A stretch of DNA of 34,467 bases from an uncultured Clostridia bacterium (GTDB lineage Bacteria > Bacillota > Clostridia > Christensenellales > Borkfalkiaceae): assembly GCA_944341195.1 (NCBI GenBank), contig CALVLX010000018.1:1-34467 (forward strand), read 5' to 3'. Each line of letters opens with the position of its first letter. The stretch's first letter is position 1. Both the position numbers and the translations under genes were made by a program. The notes below the pieces were generated by a model that was not told where the DNA came from, made no database searches, and saw nothing but the letters and a program-made list of their open reading frames with translations. Below are positions 6,723 to 15,310 of this stretch, piece by piece.

Positions 6723-7525
6723 AATACCTTATAGCGACATTAAAATATATCAAAAACAATATCCTGATACTGTGGCCCTTTCTGGCCGTGGCAATACTCT
6801 GCTTTGTGCCCATTATAGACTACGGGGCCATGGAGAGGGTTGCCGCCTCCTTTGAGGACGGCAAAATCACATCGTCGTTCGGCGACTGGGTGAGGCTGTT
6901 CATACCCTTCAACACCGAAAACTGGATTACGGTTGTCTTATGTATAGCGGCCTATGTGGCGCTCATTTTAAACCTTGCCTTTGTGCACTCCATGGTGGAC
7001 AAACACGTCAGGTTCGGAAGCAAGAACTTCCGTTCGATAATGTCCAGCTTTACCATAAACTTTGTATACGGATTCATGTTCATGGCCGTGATAATAGCGC
7101 TGATGTTTGTATTCGCGCTGCTGATGGCCGTGGTGATGTCCACGTTCGCGCTGGGCGGAGCGTACATATTCGTAATAGGCGCGGTAATCTGCTTTATGCT
7201 GGCGCTGGTGTTCATATTTATAGTGGCGCACCTCTTCCTGTGGCTGCCCTGCGCCGAAGTGACGGGTTACAGGGTGAGCGAGGCGCTGTACTGTTCCTAT
7301 GCCCAGGCCAAGACGGTGAGGCTGAAGATAATTACGGCGGTGGCCATTCCCTTTGCCGCGGCCGTGCTGATCACGGGGCTGTGCGCGGCGTTTTTGGGAA
7401 TTGCGGGCACGCTTACGGCAGGTTCGATAAGTTTCGGCTGCGCATTCATGATAATTGCCGTGGAAGGATACCTGACCTATGCCGACGTGGACGGCATCGA
7501 GAGAGAGGATCTGAGAAAATATTAA
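6719..7525 (+). CDS. Hypothetical polytopic membrane protein
   Basis: 268 aa with several long hydrophobic segments. The ATGA overlap with the upstream stop implies translational coupling. No family recognised. Confidence 0.65.
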   Translation: MKYLIATLKYIKNNILILWPFLAVAILCFVPIIDYGAMERVAASFEDGKITSSFGDWVRLFIPFNTENWITVVLCIAAYVALILNLAFVHSMVDKHVRFGSKNFRSIMSSFTINFVYGFMFMAVIIALMFVFALLMAVVMSTFALGGAYIFVIGAVICFMLALVFIFIVAHLFLWLPCAEVTGYRVSEALYCSYAQAKTVRLKIITAVAIPFAAAVLITGLCAAFLGIAGTLTAGSISFGCAFMIIAVEGYLTYADVDGIEREDLRKY

Positions 7526-7574
7526 CCGACCGACGCGCCATAGCGCGCTGCGGCGGAGACCGGAGATATAACCT

Positions 7575-8555
7575 ATGAAATTCAAACACACATTCAACGT
7601 ATTTGTGGACAACTTTTCGGTGACGTACAAACTGTTGCTCTATAGATTTGTAATACTGCTGTTCAGCCTGTGCCTCTACACGGCGGTGATATTCCCCTTT
7701 ATTTCGAGGGTGAGCGACACTACGCAGGTGGCGGCGCTCTCCGAAGCGCTGAAAAACTTTGGTTCGGCGTTCGTAAACCTCGACTTCAACGCCATGCAGA
7801 GCATATGGGGCACCATACGCGAAGCCTTTACCGAGCTGATGGAGATGCTTGCCGGCATGGCCGGATCGGTGATACTCACGGTGTTCATCATAGCGCTCGT
7901 ATACCTTGTGCAGAAGTTCTTTCTGGGACTGGGAAACTATACGGCCGGGGCTATAATAAACGACAAGATGGCCATGCGCGCGCAGTCGCCGTTTATAGGA
8001 ACGCTCATTAAAAACCTGGGCCACGCCGCGCTGTACAACGCGATATACGTACCCCTATCCTTTGTATACGACATACTTATCTTTGCGGCCGTGGGCGGAA
8101 TAGCGTTCGGACTGATGAACGCCGGCACACCCATACTGCTGCTCATATTCTTCTCCTCGACGGCGATAGTCTTTTTGTATGTTCTGAAGATGGCATTCAC
8201 TTCCGACTGGCTGCCCGCCCTGATATACGGAAAGATGAACAACCGCAAGGCGATAGCCTATTCCTTCGACTACACGAAGGGCGGCAACAAGAACTTCTGG
8301 GACGTGCTTTCCAACTTTATCGTGCTGGTGCTCATAATATTCGGCCTCAACGTTGCGGCGACGCTGCTCACGCTGGGCGCGGGCATTTTAATAACGCTGC
8401 CTGCAAGCTACGTGATACTCATCTGCTTTGAATTTGTAAACTATTCTGACAACAACGAGATAAAGTACTTTATGGATAAGAACACCATCGTAAAGCCCGA
8501 CCGCGAAAAGACGAGGACGCGCGAACAGTTCTTCCGCGGCGAAGATAACGATTGA
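7575..8555 (+). CDS. Hypothetical polytopic membrane protein
   Basis: 326 aa with GGAGA Shine-Dalgarno 8-9 nt upstream. Multiple hydrophobic segments and a charged C-terminal tail (KPDREKTRTREQFFRGEDND). Followed by a strong terminator. Confidence 0.65.
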   Translation: MKFKHTFNVFVDNFSVTYKLLLYRFVILLFSLCLYTAVIFPFISRVSDTTQVAALSEALKNFGSAFVNLDFNAMQSIWGTIREAFTELMEMLAGMAGSVILTVFIIALVYLVQKFFLGLGNYTAGAIINDKMAMRAQSPFIGTLIKNLGHAALYNAIYVPLSFVYDILIFAAVGGIAFGLMNAGTPILLLIFFSSTAIVFLYVLKMAFTSDWLPALIYGKMNNRKAIAYSFDYTKGGNKNFWDVLSNFIVLVLIIFGLNVAATLLTLGAGILITLPASYVILICFEFVNYSDNNEIKYFMDKNTIVKPDREKTRTREQFFRGEDND

Positions 8556-8604
8556 GTGCGGAAAATTTCAAAAAATGTGAAATTTATGCAAAATAATTTG
8601 CCTT

Positions 8605-8632
8605 CCCCCCTTTACAAGGGGGGATTTTTTTT
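8605..8632 (+). terminator. Rho-independent terminator of the rdgB-to-7575 operon
   Basis: CCCCCCTT (8605-8612), loop TAC, AAGGGGGG (8616-8623), then A and T8 (8625-8632). Confidence 0.85.
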
Positions 8633-8732
8633 GTATAATATATAGGGTATAATATGTGCCTGGGCACAAGAATACTATTCCTTCCGCGCCGGGACGCGCG
8701 CGGAGCAAAAATAATTCCGGGGGACAACAACT

Positions 8733-10466
8733 ATGGATTACAAAAAAATATATGAAAGCTGGCTGAACGACAAGCGCCTGTGCGCCGAGGGCAGACAGCA
8801 GCTTGAAGCGATCAGGGACAACGAGGAAGAGATAGAATACTCGTTCGGTGCGGAGATGCAGTTCGGCACGGCCGGTATGCGCGGCATAATAGGCTACGGC
8901 ACGAACAAGATGAATATCTATACCGTAATGCGCGCAACCGAGGGGCTGGCGGCATTCATAAAAAAACTCGGCCCCGCCGCCATGGAGAGGGGCGTTGTAA
9001 TTTCCTACGACACGAGGCTTAAATCGGACGAATTTGCAAGGGCTTCGGCGGACGTGCTGGCCGCGAATAACATAAAGGCCTACCTCTTCGGCGACGTTCA
9101 CCCCGTACCCATGCTTTCGTTTGCGGTGAGACAGCTGCACACGATAGCCGGCATAATGGTTACGGCTTCGCACAATCCCAAGCAGTACAACGGCTATAAG
9201 GTGTACGGCGAGGACGGCGCGCAGATGAGCCCCGAGGACACGGCCGTGGTGGTTGAGAGCATCGAAAAGGTGACGGACTTTTTGGGCAGCCCCGCCCCCA
9301 CCGCGGAGCAGGTCAAAAAATATATCAAGCCCGTGCCCGCCTCGGTGGACAGAAAGTACTATAAGGCGCTGACAAAGCTGACGCTTTCCAAAAAGGCCGT
9401 AAAGGCGTGCGGAAAGAATCTTAAACTTGTATATACGCCCGTGCACGGCTCGGGATACATACCCGTAACCACCATTTTGAAGAAGATAGGCATAAACGCC
9501 ACCGTGGTGCAGGAGCAGACAAAGAAGGACACCGACTTTTCCACCGTGCAGGTGCCCAACCCCGAATTCAAGGAGACGCTCTCCATGGGCATAGCGCTGG
9601 CGCAGAAGATAGGCGCCACGGTAGTTTTCGGCACCGATCCCGACAGCGACAGACTGGGCGTTGCCGTAAAGAACGCCGAGGGCGAATTTGAGGCGCTGAC
9701 GGGCAACCAGGTGGGCATACTGCTGCTCGATTACATACTCACCCGCCTCAAGGAGGACAACGCGATGCCCGCCAACCCCGCCGTGGTGAAATCATTCGTG
9801 ACGACGGGCATGGCAAAGCCCATTTGCCAGAACTTCGGCGTGGAGCTGTTTGAAGTTCCCGTAGGGTTCAAGTTCATAGGCGAAAAGATAAAGCAGTGGG
9901 AAGCCGACGGCAGCCACCACTTTGTGTTCGGCTTTGAGGAGAGCTGCGGATACCTCCGCGGCACGCACGCGAGAGACAAGGACGCCGTAGTTGCCTCCAT
10001 GCTGTGCGCCGAGATGGTATGCTACTATACCTACAAGGGCACCACGGTATTTGACAGGCTCAACGAGATATACAAGAAGTACGGCTATGTGCTGGACTGC
10101 AACGTATCCATACAGTACAAGGGACTCAACGCCATGGCCGAGATGAACGCCGTGGTTGACGGGCTCAAGACGGCAAAAGTAAACAAGCTGGATATATATG
10201 AGATTGCCAGCGTGCGCGACTATTCCAAGGACGAAAAGACCGACCTTGCCACGGGCGAAGTGACGCCCATAGGCTCGCCCAAGACAAACTGCGTATATTA
10301 CGAACTCAAGACGGGCAGCTTTGTATGCGTGCGCCCCAGCGGCACGGAGCCCAAGCTGAAGATTTACTACTCCGTGAAGGCGAACAACAAGGACGACGCC
10401 GAGGCGGCTTTGAAGAAGCTGCAGGCGGCGGTTGAAGAACTCCTGAAGAAAGTTGCCGCAGACTGA
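8733..10466 (+). CDS. Phospho-sugar mutase (alpha-phosphoglucomutase/phosphomannomutase family, PgcA-like)
   Basis: 577 aa. Active-site serine loop TASHNPKQYNGYKVY and Mg-binding loop GTDPDSDR. GGGGGA Shine-Dalgarno upstream. Confidence 0.85.
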   Translation: MDYKKIYESWLNDKRLCAEGRQQLEAIRDNEEEIEYSFGAEMQFGTAGMRGIIGYGTNKMNIYTVMRATEGLAAFIKKLGPAAMERGVVISYDTRLKSDEFARASADVLAANNIKAYLFGDVHPVPMLSFAVRQLHTIAGIMVTASHNPKQYNGYKVYGEDGAQMSPEDTAVVVESIEKVTDFLGSPAPTAEQVKKYIKPVPASVDRKYYKALTKLTLSKKAVKACGKNLKLVYTPVHGSGYIPVTTILKKIGINATVVQEQTKKDTDFSTVQVPNPEFKETLSMGIALAQKIGATVVFGTDPDSDRLGVAVKNAEGEFEALTGNQVGILLLDYILTRLKEDNAMPANPAVVKSFVTTGMAKPICQNFGVELFEVPVGFKFIGEKIKQWEADGSHHFVFGFEESCGYLRGTHARDKDAVVASMLCAEMVCYYTYKGTTVFDRLNEIYKKYGYVLDCNVSIQYKGLNAMAEMNAVVDGLKTAKVNKLDIYEIASVRDYSKDEKTDLATGEVTPIGSPKTNCVYYELKTGSFVCVRPSGTEPKLKIYYSVKANNKDDAEAALKKLQAAVEELLKKVAAD

Positions 10467-10496
10467 TAGGCACGTTAAACTAAAACACATAAACCC

Positions 10497-10527
10497 GGGG
10501 CGGCGCACCTTTAAGGTGCGCCGCCCC
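10497..10527. terminator. GC-rich hairpin in a convergent intergenic region
   Basis: GGGGCGGCGCACC (10497-10509), loop TTTAA, GGTGCGCCGCCCC (10515-10527). No clear U-tract. Confidence 0.5.
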
Positions 10528-10558
10528 CGCTATGCCTGAAAATTATCAGACACCACAA

Positions 10559-10585
10559 TGCCGGGGCGAAGAGACCGCCCCGGCA
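10559..10585. terminator. Hairpin terminator in a convergent intergenic region
   Basis: TGCCGGGGCG (10559-10568), 7-nt loop, CGCCCCGGCA (10576-10585), followed by TTTATTAT on the plus strand. On the minus strand it lies 18 nt after the yolD-like stop. Confidence 0.6.
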
Positions 10586-10603
10586 TTTATTATAAAGTTA
10601 ATT

Positions 10604-11005
10604 TTACAATACGGTGAGAGACATTATGTCGCCGAAGGCGACGGCCGTTCCGCACTCGAACACCAGCCTTTTTTTAACCCCGTCCACACCGGCGAGCACG
10701 CCCGAAAAGGACAGATAGGCGCCGCCCTCCTTTTTTCCGTCCGGAACGAAGTAGGTCACGGCGACGGCGGGGCGAGTTGAAATCATTGCAGAAAGTTCGA
10801 TGAGAAGGTCGTTGAGCTGACCGGCTCCGTCCTCGCCGAGTTGCACCCTCTGCTGTGTGATGCGCCCCTCCTCGTCTATAGCGTCGTCGTAGCCGGTGAG
10901 GGCGGCAAAGGGCGCGAACTGGGCGGCGCGGTCGGCCATATCCATGCGCGGACGCCCCTTGGGAGAGGGATGAGGAAGATTGATTATATCGTCGTAATTG
11001 CCCAT
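10604..11005 (-). CDS. YolD-like protein, accessory partner of Y-family polymerases
   Basis: 133 aa. The N-terminal motif R..M....RAAQFAPFAALTGY is typical of YolD-like proteins. It lies directly downstream of a Y-family polymerase, as uvrX-yolD does in Bacillus. AGGGG Shine-Dalgarno 8 nt upstream. Confidence 0.7.
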   Translation of the reverse strand: MGNYDDIINLPHPSPKGRPRMDMADRAAQFAPFAALTGYDDAIDEEGRITQQRVQLGEDGAGQLNDLLIELSAMISTRPAVAVTYFVPDGKKEGGAYLSFSGVLAGVDGVKKRLVFECGTAVAFGDIMSLTVL

Positions 11006-11063
11006 GTTTTATTACCCCTGATTTTTTAATACACCCCGCAATATGCCGCGGCGAACGCCTTTT

Positions 11064-12560
11064 TCAGGCCTTGTGCCCGCCTATCTGCGAATTGCGGCTT
11101 TTGGCTGTTGCGCCCTCCTCCAGACTGACGCCCTTGAGGACGGCGTTTTTGCCGTACTTGCCGCGTATCTCCAGCACGGCCTTCTGGCGGCTCTTTTCCC
11201 TTTCGTCCTCCTCCCTTGCGAGTTCGCCCCTGCGCTGTTCTTCGGCGTAGTCGGTGAAGAGATCGAGCTGTTCGCTTCCGGGCGGAGGGACGCTGTCCTC
11301 CCCCACCACCTTTGCGGCGGTGATGTAGATGCGGCGGATGTTGAGCTTTTTATTTACTATCCTGTCGAAGAGGGCGAGCGCGGCCGAACGTATCTGCCTG
11401 CCCGACGAGGTGTAGCGATCGAGGTTGTGCGTGCCGTGGGCGTGCCCAGGTATCCTGCGGCCGTAGCGATCGATTGAATATTCGCCGCTGTAATCGGGAT
11501 TTTCAACGTCGTAGCCCACAGTCATGACTATCTGGCACGTGACCATGCCCGCGGCGACGAGGTCGAGAGCGATGGAGTCGGCCATTTCGGTGACGACGAG
11601 GCGGGCCTTTTCATACGCATAGGGCATGGTGAGCACCTGCCCCGCTCCCATGCTGTTTGAACGGGGCTTATAGGCCTTTATTTCGGAAATCGTGCAGGGC
11701 TCCCACCCCCACGCATGGTCGATGAGCAGTTCGGCATTGACGCCGAACATTCTGTAGAGGAGATCCTGGTTATATATGCTGCCCGTGCCCACCGAACAGC
11801 GGGCGACGTCGCCCATGGTGTACATGCCGTGGGCGTTGAGCTTTTCGGCATAACCCCTGCCCACGCGCCAGAAATCGGTGAGCGGAGTGTGATCCCACAG
11901 CGTGCGGCGGTAGGACTGCTCGTCCAGTTCGGCGATGCGCACGCCGTCGCCGTCCGCGGGGACGTGCTTGGCGACTATATCCATTGCCACCTTGCAAAGA
12001 TACAGATTTGTGCCTATGCCCGCCGTGGCCGTGATGCCCGTCTGCGAATAGACGTCCTTGAGAATGCGCTTTACATACTCGCGCGCGGTGCACTTTGCCG
12101 CCCCGAGATAGGGGGTTACATCTATAAATACTTCGTCTATGGAATAGACGTGGATATCTTCGGCGGCGGCGTAATTGAGGTAGATGCGGTAAATTTTAGT
12201 GCTGTATTCTATATAGTGCGCCATGCGCGGCGGAGCGACGATATAGTCGAGTTCGAGCGAGGGATCGGATTTGAGGCTGCCGAGGGAATGCGACTTGCCC
12301 GAAAATTTACGCCCGGGGGCATTGAGCCTGCGCGCACGGTTTACCTCCCTTACCCTCTGCACGACTTCAAAGAGGCGGGGCCTGCCGGGAATGCCGAACG
12401 TCTTTAACGAGGGGGAGACGGCGAGAACTATCGTCTTTTCCGTGCGGGACTTATCGGCGACGACAAGGTTGGTATCCATGGCGTCCAGTCCCCTGTCCAC
12501 GCATTCAACGGAGGCGTAAAAGGATTTTAAATCTATTGCAATGTATGTCCTCTGCTTCAT
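11064..12560 (-). CDS. Y-family (translesion) DNA polymerase
   Basis: 498 aa. The N-terminus YIAIDLKSFYASVE and SIDEVFIDVT carry the catalytic acidic residues. The C-terminal region is extended and charged. Confidence 0.85.
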   Translation of the reverse strand: MKQRTYIAIDLKSFYASVECVDRGLDAMDTNLVVADKSRTEKTIVLAVSPSLKTFGIPGRPRLFEVVQRVREVNRARRLNAPGRKFSGKSHSLGSLKSDPSLELDYIVAPPRMAHYIEYSTKIYRIYLNYAAAEDIHVYSIDEVFIDVTPYLGAAKCTAREYVKRILKDVYSQTGITATAGIGTNLYLCKVAMDIVAKHVPADGDGVRIAELDEQSYRRTLWDHTPLTDFWRVGRGYAEKLNAHGMYTMGDVARCSVGTGSIYNQDLLYRMFGVNAELLIDHAWGWEPCTISEIKAYKPRSNSMGAGQVLTMPYAYEKARLVVTEMADSIALDLVAAGMVTCQIVMTVGYDVENPDYSGEYSIDRYGRRIPGHAHGTHNLDRYTSSGRQIRSAALALFDRIVNKKLNIRRIYITAAKVVGEDSVPPPGSEQLDLFTDYAEEQRRGELAREEDEREKSRQKAVLEIRGKYGKNAVLKGVSLEEGATAKSRNSQIGGHKA

Positions 12561-12565
12561 ATTGG

Positions 12566-12579
12566 TAAGGAATTCCTTA
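12566..12579. promoter_or_regulatory. 14-bp perfect palindrome TAAGGAATTCCTTA immediately upstream of the Y-family polymerase start
   Basis: Verified as self-complementary. It is nested within GTAAG (12565-12569) and CTTAC (12585-12589) and ends 6 nt from the ATG. Role unknown; it is not a GAAC-N4-GTTC LexA box. Confidence 0.3.
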
Positions 12580-12619
12580 TAGTTCTTACTTTTATGCCCG
12601 ATTCACCCCGCCGCGGGAG

Positions 12620-15100
12620 TTATTCCACGCTCTTTAAACTTTCAACCATATCTATCTTTTTTATGCCGGGGAACATGACAAAGTTTACTATGAGCGAAAA
12701 GCCGAAGGTAAGCGCGGCGCCGATGAGATAGCTGTACCAATAGATGCTGCGGCCGAACATTATTAGATCGACCTCAATAGCCGTGATGACGTAGCTGTGG
12801 AGAAGTATGCCCAGCCCTATGCCCAGCACTATACCTATTATTGTTAAAAGCATGTTTTCCCTATACACGTAGGTTGCGACTTCGCCTTCGTAAAAGCCCA
12901 GAACCTTTAAAGTGGCGAGCTCGCGCTTGCGCTCCGCTATGTTGATGCTGTTGAGGTTGTACAGCACGACGAACGCCAGCAGGGCGGCCGCAGCAAGGAC
13001 GATGAATACTATCGTGTTGAGCGAGGACAGAGTGTCATCCGCCCAAGCGATGAGATCGGACATGAACGACACGCCCTGTACGGCGTCGTTGGCGACGAGC
13101 ATTTGGCCGAGCTCCTCTTCAAATCCCGCAGACTGCGCATAGCCGAGCAGGACGACGTTGTACGCCGGAGGCGAGCCGAAGAGGAACGAATAACTTTCTT
13201 CGGACATGAAGACGTAGTGGCCGATGTAATTTTCGAATATGCCGGTAACCTTTACGCTTACGGGGAGGCCTTCGACGGTGAGGGTGATGTCGTCGCCGAC
13301 GCCCGCCCCGAGCACGGAGGCCGTCTTTTCGCTGACTATTGCGCCTTCGGCGACGGAGACGGGCTGCCGCCCCGCGCGGGTGCGGAAGGTGAAATAATTT
13401 TCTATGCCGGAGAGATCCCGGGGCACGCTCAACGTGACCGCCTGCACCCCGCCGGAGCCCGTTGCATCGACGGAGCGCTGGTACATCACATAGGACGATA
13501 CGCCGCCGAGTTCGGAGATTTCGTCTAGAAGGGCCTGCCTGTCCTCCGCGGAGGCAGCGGAGAGGGTGACGGAGGCCTGATAGTGGGTGAGTTCGGAGAA
13601 CTGTTTATCGACGACGACCATTATGGAATCGTGCAGGCCGAGGCCGACGAGCACCAGCCCCATACAGCCGGCGACGCCGATTATAGTCATCAAAAAGCGC
13701 TTTTTATTGCGGAAGAGGTTGCGCACGGTGGACTTTTGCGTGAAGCCCAGCCTGTTCCAGACGAAGGGGACGCGCTCCAAAAATACGCGCTTGCCCGGTT
13801 TGGGGGCTTCGGGGCGCATGATGAGGGCGGGCGTTTCGCGGGAGATCCTGTATCCCGCCGCAAACGTGGCAACGCCCGTGCTGACCACGCCCGCAATGAC
13901 GGCGATGCCGCCTTCGATAAAGTTATACGGCAGGACAAAGGATTTAAGCCCCGAATAGAGCATGGCATAGGTGTTCATAATGGCGAAGGGAAAGAGCTTT
14001 TCGCCTATAAGCACGCCGGCGACGGAGCCGAGCAGCGTGGGAATGAGCGCATACATGAGATAGCGCGCAAACACCGCGCCGTTGCTGAAGCCGACGGCCT
14101 TCAGCACGCCTATCTGCTGGCGTTCCTCCTCCACCAGGCGCGTCATGGCGGTGAGGCTGACGAGCGCGGCCACGAGATAGAACACTATGGGCAGCAGTTC
14201 GCCGAGACTGTCTATCCTGTCGGCATCGTTGCGGTAGCCGACGTATGACGAGACGACTTCGCGCCCCAGCACGTACCACTGGCACTGCGGCACCAGCGGC
14301 AGGAGCTGTTCGGGGGTGAGAAAGGGAAAGAGCGAGGCATATTCGCGGGCCAACTGCTCGCGGCGGCGCTCGCCGGCCTCGCCGGAGACGCCCTCTATTC
14401 CCTCCTTTGCAGAGGAGATAAGGGGATCGTAGTCATCGCCGTAGCTGTCGAGCGCGGCGGCACCCGAGACCTTGACGTTTATCTGCGTGTAGTACGTCTG
14501 CGTAAAGGCCTGCGGCATTAAAAGGACAAAGCCGTCTATGGAGCCGCTGCCCACAGAGCCCGTGCCCCTGTTGAGATCCATATACTGGGGGAGATCGGCA
14601 AAGCCGACTATGGTATACACGGAATGGGCGAGTGGAAGTTTTTCCCCTTCGGACACAAAAGATATGCTGTCGCCGACGGAATAATCGCCGAGCTCCAGGA
14701 AGAGATTATCCAGAACGCACTCGTCGGCGCTCTGCGGCAGCCTGCCGACCAATCCCGAGGGGACGTTTATATCCGACGAGAGCGAGATGAGTTTTGCGGC
14801 CAGCCCCGCGCCGTCGTCGCACAGCGCGTCGAGGGTGTATACCCCCTCCGCCCTCTCCACCTGCGGCAGGGCGGAGAGATCGCGCACGTCGTCTTCGGTG
14901 AGGCCGAGGGTGCTTATTACAGTTATATCGGCGAGGGAGTATTCGTCGTAATACCTTTCGGCCGAGGCGAGCATGTCGCCGCGGCTGGAGCGTATGCCCG
15001 AAAAGAAGGCCGCGCCTATTAAAATTATGAAAAATACGGAGATGAATTTGCCCTTGTTTTTGAGCATTCCCCTGAAGAAATCCTTTATTACAGCCCTCAT
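12620..15100 (-). CDS. ABC transporter permease, duplicated FtsX/MacB-type
   Basis: 826 aa. Each half has an N-terminal TM helix, a large extracytoplasmic domain and three TM helices, the FtsX fold seen in YbbP-like proteins. No adjacent ATP-binding subunit gene. Confidence 0.8.
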   Translation of the reverse strand: MRAVIKDFFRGMLKNKGKFISVFFIILIGAAFFSGIRSSRGDMLASAERYYDEYSLADITVISTLGLTEDDVRDLSALPQVERAEGVYTLDALCDDGAGLAAKLISLSSDINVPSGLVGRLPQSADECVLDNLFLELGDYSVGDSISFVSEGEKLPLAHSVYTIVGFADLPQYMDLNRGTGSVGSGSIDGFVLLMPQAFTQTYYTQINVKVSGAAALDSYGDDYDPLISSAKEGIEGVSGEAGERRREQLAREYASLFPFLTPEQLLPLVPQCQWYVLGREVVSSYVGYRNDADRIDSLGELLPIVFYLVAALVSLTAMTRLVEEERQQIGVLKAVGFSNGAVFARYLMYALIPTLLGSVAGVLIGEKLFPFAIMNTYAMLYSGLKSFVLPYNFIEGGIAVIAGVVSTGVATFAAGYRISRETPALIMRPEAPKPGKRVFLERVPFVWNRLGFTQKSTVRNLFRNKKRFLMTIIGVAGCMGLVLVGLGLHDSIMVVVDKQFSELTHYQASVTLSAASAEDRQALLDEISELGGVSSYVMYQRSVDATGSGGVQAVTLSVPRDLSGIENYFTFRTRAGRQPVSVAEGAIVSEKTASVLGAGVGDDITLTVEGLPVSVKVTGIFENYIGHYVFMSEESYSFLFGSPPAYNVVLLGYAQSAGFEEELGQMLVANDAVQGVSFMSDLIAWADDTLSSLNTIVFIVLAAAALLAFVVLYNLNSINIAERKRELATLKVLGFYEGEVATYVYRENMLLTIIGIVLGIGLGILLHSYVITAIEVDLIMFGRSIYWYSYLIGAALTFGFSLIVNFVMFPGIKKIDMVESLKSVE

Positions 15101-15161
15101 TGCGCCTGCCTTTTGCCCTGCGGACGCAGAGCAACACGGTTGAAAATATCTTTACAATATA

Positions 15162-15190
15162 ATTTTATACGCTGCGGGACGAAATGTCAA
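15162..15190 (-). promoter_or_regulatory. Sigma-A-type promoter for the ABC permease gene
   Basis: On the minus strand: TTGACA (15190-15185), 17-nt spacer, TAAAAT (15167-15162). Confidence 0.65.
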
Positions 15191-15251
15191 ACACCGTCGC
15201 TAAAAAAGAAAGCGACAAAGCGTGTTAAGCGCGCGCAGCCGCAATTACGCG

Positions 15252-15290
15252 AAGGGGGCGCGCCGCATAAAAAGCGCGGCGCGCCCCCTT
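15252..15290 (-). terminator. Terminator-like hairpin downstream of serS
   Basis: AAGGGGGCGCGCCGC (15252-15266) pairs with GCGGCGCGCCCCCTT (15276-15290), a 15-bp stem. There is no clean U-tract after it on the minus strand. Confidence 0.55.
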
Positions 15291-15310
15291 GAAAGGAGTA
15301 CTGTGGATAA

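Noticed and set aside
12561-12619. LexA (Cheo) box upstream of the Y-family polymerase.
   Set aside because: Only a GAAC half-site is present (AAGAACTATAAGGAA), with no GTTC at the required 4-nt spacing. No SOS box can be claimed from the sequence.
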